Positions 8,598 to 18,241 of a stretch of DNA of 64,000 bases are shown here, piece by piece (within the stretch, counting starts at the first letter, position 1; every line of letters starts with the position of its first letter). Origin of the DNA: an uncultured Candidatus Micrarchaeota archaeon. Lineage in GTDB: Archaea; Micrarchaeota; Micrarchaeia; Micrarchaeales; Micrarchaeaceae. The notes beneath the pieces were generated by a model. That model did not search any database. It had not been told where the DNA came from and worked only from the letters and a program-made list of their open reading frames with translations. The translations under genes were made by a program, and so were the position numbers. Where the stretch lies: positions 365-64,364 of the forward strand of contig CAVXBR010000011.1 in assembly GCA_963760035.1 (NCBI GenBank), written 5' to 3'.

Positions 8598-10235
8598 TTA
8601 CTTCCATCCAAACAGATTTTTGAAAAATGCAACTATCTTTTGTACAAATCCGCCACCTATGCCCCCATTATTTGATGCTTGTTGTTGAACTACAGTGGTA
8701 GATGCCAAGCTGCTTGATGTAGGCACTGTAGTTATTAGGGTGGAAGTAGAATTCGAAGTTCCAACTGATATGGTAGTAGTTACGATGGTTGTTGGGTATA
8801 TGGTCGTTGGTATTGTAGATAGAGTAGACGAGACGCTATTTGTAGTTATGTTTGATGGTATTGTTGTAGTTATTGATGTTGAACTTGTTTGGTTTGCCCT
8901 ACCAGATGAGTTTAATATGAATATTGCGCTTTTCTGGTATGCGTAATACCCTACATATACTCCTTCCAATTTTATAGATAAAATGTTTAAATTTGAATTA
9001 ATCTGATCTGTAGAGCCAGAAACAATATTAGCGGAGGTTACAAAATTATTGTTGTAATAGAAGTTTATAAACGCCGATGAGCTTTGGCCTAAAACGTTTA
9101 CAAGCTGAACTTTCCACAAACCTAATGTCGCATTTTGGCCTACAGAAATATTGAAAGTTGAAGGTATTGTCACTGATACAGTAGTTGTAGTTGATGTTCT
9201 TACTGACAACCTGACCCATGCATACTTTTGGTACGAGTAGGTTCCTTGGCTACTTGAATTGAGGTATAAAGTGATTGTTGAACTTCCTGAGCTGAGTGTT
9301 GTACTTGCACCGGACGCCAAGGTAACTTGGCTTATTAGACCATTGCTGTTATAAACATTGAATAGTGCTTGCCCGTTCGCCAAATTCATAAATTTAGCAG
9401 AAATCGAACCATTTGTTATTGTCTGGTTTGGAGTAAGTTCTGTAAAACTATTAGGGGCAATGGTTGAAAGTGAAGTTGTGGGAGTTGATGTGGTGCTAAG
9501 AGAACTGGTTGAGGAACTTAGAGTTGTTTGCGTTGTTGTAGATTGAGGAGACACAACTCTAATGTCATCAATCGGTGCCCATACATAGTTATTGGGGTTT
9601 GAAGCGTTAGCAATTTTAAAACAGATGAAATAGGAAGTCCAACCTCCAGGGGGGAGGTTAGCTGAGAATTTGTATGATATAGAATTTGATCCACTTGAAA
9701 TTAATTGCATTGAAGAGGGGTTATATGTGCAGGAATTATAGAGCGAACTATACCACATGTATGTTGTGTCTACATTAGAAACATTTGCAACGCTTAGTGT
9801 CAAGGTTTGGTTGGCAACCACCGTTGGACTAGACGGACTTATTATAGCTGTTCCAGAAAGCACAGTGATATTGTCAGGATTAGCATATGTATAGTTACCT
9901 GTAGAATCTTGAACTTTAAAGCATAGGTACTCATTTTCTCGCTTATAGGAAACTATACCATAGCTAAGAGAATTTGAACCTGTTTTAATTAAGTTGGTGT
10001 TAGAAGAACAAGATGTAGAAAAGCCATAGTACCAGCTAAAAGTATATGGTGGAACGCCACCCAAGTTAGAAATATTTGCAACGTTATATGTAACCTGTGT
10101 AAATGTGACTATGGGGTTAGTTGGGGATATATATAGACCGCTTGAGTTTAGAGGAGCTGCAAACGCAAGATTTGGTATTACTAAATAAGATGCAACCAAG
10201 ATAAAAAACAAGAATGCGTTCATATAGAATTTCAT
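8598..10235 (-). CDS. secreted surface protein with two pairs of internal repeat domains and Ser/Thr-rich linkers
   Basis: N-terminal signal-like helix (FLFFILVASYLVIPNLAFA). One duplicated domain is ...YTFSWYYGFSTSCSSNT...YLCFKV / ...TYMWYSSLYNSCTYNP...YFICFKI. A second duplicated domain lies downstream, followed by TTST linkers. Confidence 0.55.
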   Translation of the reverse strand: MKFYMNAFLFFILVASYLVIPNLAFAAPLNSSGLYISPTNPIVTFTQVTYNVANISNLGGVPPYTFSWYYGFSTSCSSNTNLIKTGSNSLSYGIVSYKRENEYLCFKVQDSTGNYTYANPDNITVLSGTAIISPSSPTVVANQTLTLSVANVSNVDTTYMWYSSLYNSCTYNPSSMQLISSGSNSISYKFSANLPPGGWTSYFICFKIANASNPNNYVWAPIDDIRVVSPQSTTTQTTLSSSTSSLSTTSTPTTSLSTIAPNSFTELTPNQTITNGSISAKFMNLANGQALFNVYNSNGLISQVTLASGASTTLSSGSSTITLYLNSSSQGTYSYQKYAWVRLSVRTSTTTTVSVTIPSTFNISVGQNATLGLWKVQLVNVLGQSSSAFINFYYNNNFVTSANIVSGSTDQINSNLNILSIKLEGVYVGYYAYQKSAIFILNSSGRANQTSSTSITTTIPSNITTNSVSSTLSTIPTTIYPTTIVTTTISVGTSNSTSTLITTVPTSSSLASTTVVQQQASNNGGIGGGFVQKIVAFFKNLFGWK

Positions 10236-10303
10236 TTGATTACCTTCTAAGTTTATTCAATGGCAAGTAATAAAACAGTTTCTAAGGCCATAACTTTTAG
10301 AGA

Positions 10304-11500
10304 CTATCTTAATTGGTCCCTTCCAAGTATCTTATTTGCAATGAATATGCATCTTTCCCGCACGTTTAGTATCTTAGAAGACTCGATATTGAGCTCTTCT
10401 AGTTCATTCAGATTTAAATTGAAAGCGCCATCTCTTAATTCGCTGATTAGCTTAGTGTTTGTCTTTCCTATCTCATTTGATAATGGTGATATGACCCTAT
10501 CGTCTATAGCAGCTAAGTAGGCTTCTCTTTCGGTCAGGGGCCTTATTTTATCCATACTCGCAACAATTCTTCCCATAAGGGTATCTTTTGAACCAGAAAA
10601 ATAAATTTTTTCTTTGAAGCTGACATGATGATCTGTTCGACTCAGCTCATAGTATAGTGGCGCATGCATTTCTCCAATAAACCCTATAGCGGATAATGTT
10701 TCACCGTTTCCTAAGCTTGTTTTCAGTTCTGGAAACAGCTCTTGCGCTTCTTTGAATTTCCCATCGAGTCCCCTTGTTATAGTATCGTTTCTAAATTTGA
10801 TTTCCTTACTAGTCTCTTCCCAATACTTCTTCTCGAAGGAAGCTATTTCGCCCAGAGTCGCATTCTTTTGTGATAGCCCAATCAATTCCGTGTGTAGTAT
10901 TTCAGTGTTATTATTGGTAGATATCATGTCTGCTTCTTTTGTCTGATAGGATTCAATTGGTATTATTTTCAGATCTCTAATCGCGCAGCCAACAAGTACT
11001 ATAGGGATAAAATTATGGCCAGACACATTAATCCCGTGAGGTGATATCCTTTCTCTACAGCTTTCCTCTGCTTCTTCTGTTGATAAACCCATATTTGTTA
11101 ATGATAAATAATATTGTCTAAGTTCTGAAAGCTGCCTATTTGCTACTAAAACATTTGTTTTATATTCTGATTCCTTTTGTCCGGCATTTTCGATGAATAC
11201 AAATTTAAATGGTTTACCTGCTCTTTTCGCTTCATCTATTTCTTCCAAAAAGCGTATGGCATCTTGGTCAGAACCATGATTTAAAAACACTATTTCCAAT
11301 GAGTATTCTGGCTTAGCTACGGTTTGTGGGGATATTTGTTTATGAGCAAACCATGCACCGGTCGCTGCAATGGCACTTGCCAAGGTGTACGCTATCACTT
11401 TCTTTCGGAGCATACCTCCAAGATGGCTTTGAGAGTTTTCTTGCTTATCGCTAGCCGTCCTCTCGGTTTTGTTTCCTTCTTTGATTTTAGACGTTGCCAT
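10304..11500 (-). CDS. hypothetical membrane-anchored protein
   Basis: 398-aa ORF with a single N-terminal TM helix (VIAYTLASAIAATGAWFA). No recognisable motif. Confidence 0.45.
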   Translation of the reverse strand: MATSKIKEGNKTERTASDKQENSQSHLGGMLRKKVIAYTLASAIAATGAWFAHKQISPQTVAKPEYSLEIVFLNHGSDQDAIRFLEEIDEAKRAGKPFKFVFIENAGQKESEYKTNVLVANRQLSELRQYYLSLTNMGLSTEEAEESCRERISPHGINVSGHNFIPIVLVGCAIRDLKIIPIESYQTKEADMISTNNNTEILHTELIGLSQKNATLGEIASFEKKYWEETSKEIKFRNDTITRGLDGKFKEAQELFPELKTSLGNGETLSAIGFIGEMHAPLYYELSRTDHHVSFKEKIYFSGSKDTLMGRIVASMDKIRPLTEREAYLAAIDDRVISPLSNEIGKTNTKLISELRDGAFNLNLNELEELNIESSKILNVRERCIFIANKILGRDQLR

Positions 11501-12028
11501 GCTACCACATGTCTAGTCTCCTGACTGCCATTTTATCAACGATATCTTCGCAGTCATCCAAATATAAAGCACTTACTTTTGCCGTTTTTATGGAAAATAG
11601 GGTTAGCTCAAGCGGCTGATTTTGATCCGTTTAACCGGTTCAGCAAGGAGCTTGTCGGTTGCCACCTTCACCCAAATTGAGCGTGATTTGACCGATTCTG
11701 GGCTCAAAACCGTTGTCAACAATTAACAATTGCCAATTCTTGATAACTTCTTGTCAATTGTTGATAATCGAGGTTCAGGTCTGTTTCAAGCAGACAAATG
11801 CCAGTTTGTTGAACCTTGGACAGCATAGCCTCAGCGTTAGCTGTTGAGGCTGTCTGAGGCCGTAACTGGGTTTATTAACCTTCTATCCCCTACAATATTA
11901 TATGGCTTCAGGCCGCATTTGTGACGATAAAAAGCCCATCCATATTCATCCATATTTATACGGCTGTGGTAAGTCGGACTGGAATCTCGACGCTCGGCCA
12001 AGGCGTTCTCGCATTAATGTGATAGGGT

Positions 12029-12640
12029 ATGACATTGGCAACAGAACCAGAGAATCTGGAACCAACGAATGTTCCCGGCCTTCCTAAGCCGACTGACCAG
12101 GTGGTCAATCCATCCTCTCTTAAGATTGATGAGGTATACAAGAATATCGAGAGCGAGCCGCTGATAAATAAGATAAAAAGGCTGGAGGTGCAGCTTTCCG
12201 GGATTCTGGGGATAGAGTCGATGGAAGTTGATATGAGTCAACAGAAAATAAGCGCAGATAAATTTAGCACGGAAGATGACAAGAATGCTGCTATAAAAAA
12301 ACTCTACAGAGATATTCTAGACTGCTTCAATGATCTTCTGAAGACCCCCTATGGATCTCTGGGGTATCTTGTGAAGTCTGACTCTGAGAGCATAGTCAAA
12401 CTCTATGGCGTTGACAGCGATGATGATTATTACCTTAAATTGAGGGGCAGCGTGATAAGGGTAAGCAGCAAAAGGCTCGAGCGGATGGTCGTAGCCGGCG
12501 GAGGCAGAAGATTTATAGGGGAGAGGGGTCTAACGATCCACGACCCGGCGGAAACGACCGGCAACATGAAAGTCGCAGACCATGTGATACACGAGATAAT
12601 TTACGCCATACACGAGAAACTTGAAGAGTTAACGGATTGA
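12029..12640 (+). CDS. hypothetical protein
   Basis: 203-aa ORF. No recognisable motif. Confidence 0.35.
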   Translation: MTLATEPENLEPTNVPGLPKPTDQVVNPSSLKIDEVYKNIESEPLINKIKRLEVQLSGILGIESMEVDMSQQKISADKFSTEDDKNAAIKKLYRDILDCFNDLLKTPYGSLGYLVKSDSESIVKLYGVDSDDDYYLKLRGSVIRVSSKRLERMVVAGGGRRFIGERGLTIHDPAETTGNMKVADHVIHEIIYAIHEKLEELTD

Positions 12641-12700
12641 GTTGAAAAGCGTTCCGAAACTCTTTGCTTGAAGCTGTATTTTTGGGTTAATGGCTTCGGG

Positions 12701-13615
12701 CTACCAATGCATAAAGGCGCGTAGCTCTGACGGAGGTACCAAAGCCCAAATTGCATATAGTTCCGCAGTGGGATTGCTCCATATATTTGCCACCAGCGAG
12801 TAAGGTGAGCTGAGAACTCTAATACGATACGCATTATTGGGCAAACCGTAGAAAGTGATATTTGTACCGGGGGCGTTCACGTAATCATTGTCGTAAACGT
12901 AGTTGCTTTGCTGGCTGAACACGTCGATTCTATAGGAAGCTATGCCCGGAACAGAAGGCCATGAAACCTTCAGGTCCACTGTGTTCGGCTGGTTCGTGTC
13001 AGATAAGACGACGGCTTGAAGGTTTGTGGGTGCAGACCATGGAATGACATCAGGATTATTATAGGTGATTGCTGGAGAAAGGCCCCCTCTCATGTCGTTA
13101 ACATCAGTAGCGGCAGTAACACTGAACTGTGTAACTCCTGGTCCAACGTTCCAGAACACTCCACTTGTTTGCATAGGGTCGGAACTATAGGGTTGTTGGG
13201 TATACTGTATGTTTTTTATGCCGTTTTGATCGATCCATACTATGCCGTAAAGGCCCGCCCCCTCAACGGCAGACCAGTGGATATGCAGATCACGACGCCA
13301 GGGCCAGTACTGGTTGGTCGTTACATTGTCAAGCCAAACATTTGCCGGGGCGGGCAATGACTGTCCTTGAATTGTTGAAGGATAGGCGCTTATCAGCGCT
13401 GCCATAAGGCCGGCTGCAAGGGAACCGCCAGATCTCCTAAGCCAACTGGCTTCCTTTACTCGCTCCGCTAGGGCTGGCCTTTCGGTCACACGCTCTAGTG
13501 CAATAACCCTAAGTCCGTTGGAGCCAATTTTGCCGGTTTCGGCCTGATTGGTTCTATTTTTGGGCTGGGCTGCCGTAGTTAACATATATTCCCCGTTATT
13601 GCTACGCTGCGTCAA
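12701..13615 (-). CDS. secreted protein with fibronectin-type-III-like repeats
   Basis: TM/signal segment (LAAGLMAALISAYP). Two segments follow the FN3-like pattern: APANVWLDNVT...IHWSAVEGAGLYGIVW and APTNLQAVVL...KVSWPSVPGIASYRIDVF. Confidence 0.45.
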   Translation of the reverse strand: MTQRSNNGEYMLTTAAQPKNRTNQAETGKIGSNGLRVIALERVTERPALAERVKEASWLRRSGGSLAAGLMAALISAYPSTIQGQSLPAPANVWLDNVTTNQYWPWRRDLHIHWSAVEGAGLYGIVWIDQNGIKNIQYTQQPYSSDPMQTSGVFWNVGPGVTQFSVTAATDVNDMRGGLSPAITYNNPDVIPWSAPTNLQAVVLSDTNQPNTVDLKVSWPSVPGIASYRIDVFSQQSNYVYDNDYVNAPGTNITFYGLPNNAYRIRVLSSPYSLVANIWSNPTAELYAIWALVPPSELRAFMHW

Positions 13616-13708
13616 ATATAAAAGAGTTCCTAGTCAAATGGTATTGAGGTCTGGATCTCATACCTTTGGTATCTGCGGACGGTCAAGGCCTATTATGATT
13701 GTGATGTA

Positions 13709-14281
13709 ATGGAAGAGAAAACAGGGGAGAAAACGGAAGTGAAGATGGAAATGGCGAAGCCCAGTGGCCCAAAAGTTAGGCAGGGCCACATACTGATCGC
13801 CATTGTCGTGATAGCCATAGTTATAGTCGCAGTCTTCTTCGCGACCAGCTCATCCGGCCAGGTGGTCGCAGTGGGAAATACGATCAATGTCACTTACACT
13901 GGCAGTTTCACAAACGGCACTGTGTTTGGCACCAACGTTGGGGGGCAACCGCTGCAGTTCACAGTGGGTGCAAACCAGCTTATCCCTGGATTTGACCAGG
14001 GCGTTGTCGGCATGCGCCTAGGCGAGAACAAGACCATAACGGTTCCTGTAAATGAGGCCTACGGACCGGTAAACCCGCAACTGGTAATGCATCCTCCTGC
14101 CAACATTCTGGGAAATACAATAGTCACTGTAGGGATGGGCATTACCACTGACATAAACGGTCACCCACTGCAGGGAGTCGTCACTGCTGTAAACAAGACC
14201 AATGTCACAGTTGACTTCAACTCTCCACTGGCAGGCAAGATTTTGGTCTTCAAGATTAAAGTGCTCGCGATAAAGGGGTAG
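13709..14281 (+). CDS. membrane-anchored FKBP-type peptidyl-prolyl cis-trans isomerase
   Basis: N-terminal TM helix, then the FKBP core VTYTGSFTNGTVFG...FTVGANQLIPGFDQGVVGMRLGE. Confidence 0.75.
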   Translation: MEEKTGEKTEVKMEMAKPSGPKVRQGHILIAIVVIAIVIVAVFFATSSSGQVVAVGNTINVTYTGSFTNGTVFGTNVGGQPLQFTVGANQLIPGFDQGVVGMRLGENKTITVPVNEAYGPVNPQLVMHPPANILGNTIVTVGMGITTDINGHPLQGVVTAVNKTNVTVDFNSPLAGKILVFKIKVLAIKG

Positions 14282-14285
14282 CATT

Positions 14286-15068
14286 TTAGGTCTCGGTAAG
14301 TATCTTAATCAGCTTCTCCCTGTCGATGCCCTTCAGTATTTCCGGTGAGACGGATACGGCCCTTAGAATCGATGCTCTCAGGAGCGAGTCCAGCGTCCCC
14401 GCATCGAACCAGTATCCTTCAACTTTTATCGCCCTCATCTTTCCTTTCCTTATGTAGTAGTTGTTGACGTCGGTGATCTCTAGTTCGCCCCTTTCGCTGG
14501 GCTTGATGCTCCTGATCACATCAAAAACGTCAGGCGGATAGATGTAGAGTCCGGTGACCGCATGCTTGGTCTTGGGAACCTTTGGCTTTTCCGTTATGTT
14601 GGCCACCTGATCGCCCCTCATCTCTGCTACGCCGAACCTCTGCGGGTTCTCGACGTCCTTGATGAAAATGTAGGAGTTGTTGTCCAGTGCTGCAGGGTCT
14701 GGTATGCTAACCTTCTCAAAGATGTTGTCTCCCAGTAGCAGGATTACCTTTGAGCCCTTGGCAAAGCCCTCCGCATGCAGGAAGGCGTCAGCAATCCCGG
14801 CAGGCTTGGGCTGGATCACATAGGTTATTCTAACGCCGAACTTCGACCCGTCGCCGAGGAAGTTTTTGAAGCTCTCCAGATGGTCCTGGTTGGTGACAAG
14901 GCAGATGTCGGATATGCCGGCCGCCTTGAACGACTCGATCGGACCTATTATCATGGGCCTGTCGAATATGGGGAGGAGCATCTTGTTGGTTATATCCGTT
15001 AGGGGCTTCAGACGGACACCTCTCCCCGCCGCGAGTATAACACCCTTGACATTCAGCTTCTTTTCCAT
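14286..15068 (-). CDS. sugar-1-phosphate nucleotidyltransferase (glucose-1-phosphate thymidylyl/uridylyltransferase family)
   Basis: GVILAAGRGVRLKPLT signature at the N-terminus, consistent with a short-form RmlA-like fold. Confidence 0.8.
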   Translation of the reverse strand: MEKKLNVKGVILAAGRGVRLKPLTDITNKMLLPIFDRPMIIGPIESFKAAGISDICLVTNQDHLESFKNFLGDGSKFGVRITYVIQPKPAGIADAFLHAEGFAKGSKVILLLGDNIFEKVSIPDPAALDNNSYIFIKDVENPQRFGVAEMRGDQVANITEKPKVPKTKHAVTGLYIYPPDVFDVIRSIKPSERGELEITDVNNYYIRKGKMRAIKVEGYWFDAGTLDSLLRASILRAVSVSPEILKGIDREKLIKILTET

Positions 15069-15081
15069 TGGATCAAACGCA

Positions 15082-15846
15082 TTAGAGCTTCATTCTCTTG
15101 AAGGCCTGAGTGCCTATTATTATCATCAGGATTGCAAACCCTATCAGCACGGCAAAGTCCATGGGCAGGCCGAAGCTGCTTGGGAGGCCGAGTATCATTG
15201 TTCTAAGTGAATCAACAGCATAGGAGACAGGGTTGACAGATACGAATATGCGGAGCCAGCTTGGCAGGTTGTTGACCGGGAAGAGCGCTCCGCTTAGTAG
15301 GAATAGTGGGAATATCAGGAAACTCGTCACTAGCCCGAATCCCTCCGGGCTGCTCATTAGGGAGCCGATTGTAAGCCCAAGGCTTATGATCGAAACCATC
15401 AGCAGGAAGATTATCAGCAGACTCGCTACGACAGAGACTATAGTAAAGTGTATGCTGAAGAATAATGAACCAAGTATCATCAGCACTATTATTTGGATTA
15501 TCCCGTCTGTCGATCCTCCGAGCACCTTTCCAAAGAATATGGTAATTCTGCTGAGCGGGGCCACAAGGACCTCCTTAAGGAAGTCAACGCGCTTATCCAT
15601 AATTATGTACATGCCGAAGAAAAGTGAGCCGAAGAGCACTGTCATGGCGAGTATTCCAGGGAATATGAAGGTTACATAGTTTGCACCGCTGATCGAACTG
15701 GTTGATATTATGGAGCCTAGGCCGGTGCCGAATATGATTAGCCACATGAGCGGCTGTACTAGTGCGCCCACCAGCCTTGAGGACTCCCTTATGAAGACCT
15801 TGAATTCGCGGTACCATATGGCATACAATCCCATTAGTTCGCCCAT
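15082..15846 (-). CDS. ABC-2 type transporter permease
   Basis: Six hydrophobic helices. Sits 4 nt downstream of the ABC ATPase gene on the same strand. Confidence 0.7.
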   Translation of the reverse strand: MGELMGLYAIWYREFKVFIRESSRLVGALVQPLMWLIIFGTGLGSIISTSSISGANYVTFIFPGILAMTVLFGSLFFGMYIIMDKRVDFLKEVLVAPLSRITIFFGKVLGGSTDGIIQIIVLMILGSLFFSIHFTIVSVVASLLIIFLLMVSIISLGLTIGSLMSSPEGFGLVTSFLIFPLFLLSGALFPVNNLPSWLRIFVSVNPVSYAVDSLRTMILGLPSSFGLPMDFAVLIGFAILMIIIGTQAFKRMKL

Positions 15847-15850
15847 TTGG

Positions 15851-16816
15851 TCACCTCCTGCTATTGCTTATCATCTTCTCGAACGTGCCGCCTTCCCCTT
15901 CCTGATCGCGTATCTCCTCCCCTGTGAGATTTATGAATACATCCTGCAGTGTGGGCGACCTCGACTCTACGCTTTCGGCCTTCCCTATCCTTTTCAGTAT
16001 TTCCTGCAGGTGCGTGCCTGCATCGTTTACGGTAAATGAAAGAACCCCATCCTGGTGCTTTATGTTCTTCACGTATTTGAGGCTCCTCAACGCCTTCACG
16101 TTTGGTTTTTGAATCCTGATTCTCACCACGTCTCCCCCCAAGCTCTTCTTTAGTTTAGATGGTGTATCCAACGCGACGATTTTACCATGGTCGATTATCG
16201 CAAGCCTGTCGCAGAGCTGGTCTGCCTCTTCCATGTAGTGGGTCGTTATGATTATCGTGACCTTTTTCTCCTTTGATAGCCGTTTTATGTATCCCCAGAT
16301 GTGCTCTCTGGTCTGCGGATCGAGACCCAGGGTTGGCTCGTCTAGGAACAGTATCTTCGGCTCGTGCAAAAGGCCCCTTGCAAGCTCAAGCCTTCTCCGC
16401 ATTCCGCCTGAATATCTTTTCATACGTTCATTTTGCCTATCAGTAAGGTCGACCAATTTCAGCACTTCGTCTATCTTTTGGTTTATCTTTTTTCCTTCCA
16501 CACCGTACATGAGCGCGTGGAGATACAGGTTCTCCCTTCCGGTAAGTAGTTCGTCCGAGCTGGGGTCCTGGAAGACAAACCCTATGCTGTGCCTAACCTT
16601 TGACGACTGTTTCCTGACATCAAACCCGTTTACGGTTGCAGACCCTTCAGTGGGGGGCAGCAGTGTGGCGAGCATCGACAGCGTTGTAGTTTTCCCCGCA
16701 CCGTTCGGCCCCAGGAGCCCAAATATCTCGCCTTCATTTATCTTGAGGTTGAGCTTGTGGACAGCGGTGAACTTATCGAACCTTTTTGTGAGATTCTTGA
16801 CTTCTATGGCTATCAT
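15851..16816 (-). CDS. ABC transporter ATP-binding protein (DrrA/ABC-2 type)
   Basis: Walker A GPNGAGKTT, signature YSGGMRRRL, Walker B ILFLDEPT. Confidence 0.85.
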   Translation of the reverse strand: MIAIEVKNLTKRFDKFTAVHKLNLKINEGEIFGLLGPNGAGKTTTLSMLATLLPPTEGSATVNGFDVRKQSSKVRHSIGFVFQDPSSDELLTGRENLYLHALMYGVEGKKINQKIDEVLKLVDLTDRQNERMKRYSGGMRRRLELARGLLHEPKILFLDEPTLGLDPQTREHIWGYIKRLSKEKKVTIIITTHYMEEADQLCDRLAIIDHGKIVALDTPSKLKKSLGGDVVRIRIQKPNVKALRSLKYVKNIKHQDGVLSFTVNDAGTHLQEILKRIGKAESVESRSPTLQDVFINLTGEEIRDQEGEGGTFEKMISNSRR

Positions 16817-16888
16817 TTAGTTGACCTTTTCTAAACAAGCATTGGGCATCTGCCGCTTAAATGCTTGAGTGAAACCCAGGTTACTTTG

Positions 16889-16911
16889 GCAGCCAAAGGT
16901 TTTTATTTGGT
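16889..16911. promoter_or_regulatory. 23-bp motif GCAgCCAAAGGTTTTTATTTGGT, copy 1
   Basis: Shares an identical 19-mer (CCAAAGGTTTTTATTTGGT) with 18193-18211. A CCAAA-N8-TTTGG inverted repeat encloses a T/A-rich TATA-like core. Confidence 0.45.
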
Positions 16912-16929
16912 GGTAATTGGTTTGGTTAC

Positions 16930-18129
16930 TTATGGTAGTATTATGTCGGCGTGCTTTTTGTAGCAGTCCAGGAAAAGCCGCTCCAGCTCCTTCTTCTCTG
17001 ATAGTAGGCGTGTATGCTTGAGGCTTATTTCCTGCTCGGTTCTGGCTTTCCCGGCCTCAACCTTCTGCTTTTCTGCCTTGCCCTTCTCCAATGCCTGGAG
17101 ATGCGCGTGCAGCTCGGCAAGCTCGTTTTCTAACTTCCTCAGCTCGACGGCCGCTTCGCGAGAAGATGCCGACAGGGCTAGCAGGTCTTTGCTTCGTATC
17201 GCGTCTATCTGTGCGATGAGGATTTCAGGATGTTTGGTGTCTATTTTTCCTGTCCGTACCTCTTCTGCGATTTCAAGGAGATGGCTGTGGATTATGCTAC
17301 CGTCTTCAGCTGTTCTTATGTGTTCGGCGGGGTCCTTCATGTAATCAGCCAGTTTCCTCTTGGAGGTGGACAGGTGATCATGTTTCCTCGCAGCCCTTTC
17401 TACAGGCAGGAGAAGGCTTGCCAATACCGAGTCTGCCTCGCGGTAGCGGTGCCTAGCGTGTACGAGATGCGCCTCTTTTTCCTCTATCTGCTTGCGGATT
17501 GTGCCCTCAACGCTTTCGTCAAGGAGTGCATGATGCGCATCCTGCGGAGGAGGGTTTCTAAGCTCTTCAATCTCTGAAGCATTTTCCAGCATCGCCATGA
17601 TTCTGGATCTTATCCTACCATATTCGCTTTCCTCCAATGCGCAGGAGGCGATCTCGTTTCTGAGCTCGTTGCATGACTTCTCCATTGCCGTGAAGTGGCG
17701 TTTTACATCCGCCAGGGCCTTTGCATAGCCGACCATTACAAACTTGAAGGTGTTGTTGGTCTTCAGCACGCTGGTGGTAAAGGATGAGTAGGCATCTAAC
17801 ATCTCTTTTGCCTTGAAGTATAGGCCGTTGCCACCATACTTTGGAGTGGCCGACACCAAATGCAAAACTGAGCTCGAGTAGTTTGCTTTCTGGGACTCCA
17901 TGAAGTTCTCTTTTATCCTGTAAAGGTATTCCATATCAGGGGCAACAGACGAATCAGAAAACTTGCGCACCGCTGCTCCAAAGTCGGCGAAAGAGTCAGA
18001 CAAATCTCTCTCTATTTCAGGCAGGCGCGTAGAGAGGCGCCTCAGCTTGCCATCAAAACATCGGCCAAGGTAGGCCTCCAGCTCTGGCAAGGGAACTCTT
18101 TCTTTTGCAGGAGCACGCCCGAACAGCAT
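16930..18129 (-). CDS. hypothetical coiled-coil protein
   Basis: 399-aa ORF rich in E/K/R/L heptad-like segments. No catalytic motif. Confidence 0.4.
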   Translation of the reverse strand: MLFGRAPAKERVPLPELEAYLGRCFDGKLRRLSTRLPEIERDLSDSFADFGAAVRKFSDSSVAPDMEYLYRIKENFMESQKANYSSSVLHLVSATPKYGGNGLYFKAKEMLDAYSSFTTSVLKTNNTFKFVMVGYAKALADVKRHFTAMEKSCNELRNEIASCALEESEYGRIRSRIMAMLENASEIEELRNPPPQDAHHALLDESVEGTIRKQIEEKEAHLVHARHRYREADSVLASLLLPVERAARKHDHLSTSKRKLADYMKDPAEHIRTAEDGSIIHSHLLEIAEEVRTGKIDTKHPEILIAQIDAIRSKDLLALSASSREAAVELRKLENELAELHAHLQALEKGKAEKQKVEAGKARTEQEISLKHTRLLSEKKELERLFLDCYKKHADIILP

Positions 18130-18188
18130 CGAATCTTATTATATTATTGGCAGGTAGTTCATATAGCTTTCCGAATGCTTAGGCAACT

Positions 18189-18211
18189 GCAACCAAAGGT
18201 TTTTATTTGGT
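18189..18211. promoter_or_regulatory. 23-bp motif GCAaCCAAAGGTTTTTATTTGGT, copy 2; probable amt promoter/operator
   Basis: The TATA-like TTTTTATTT core lies about 35-40 nt upstream of the amt ATG (18242). Same motif as 16889-16911. Confidence 0.5.
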
Positions 18212-18241
18212 TCCATTACACAGATATAATCTGGTGCGCAA

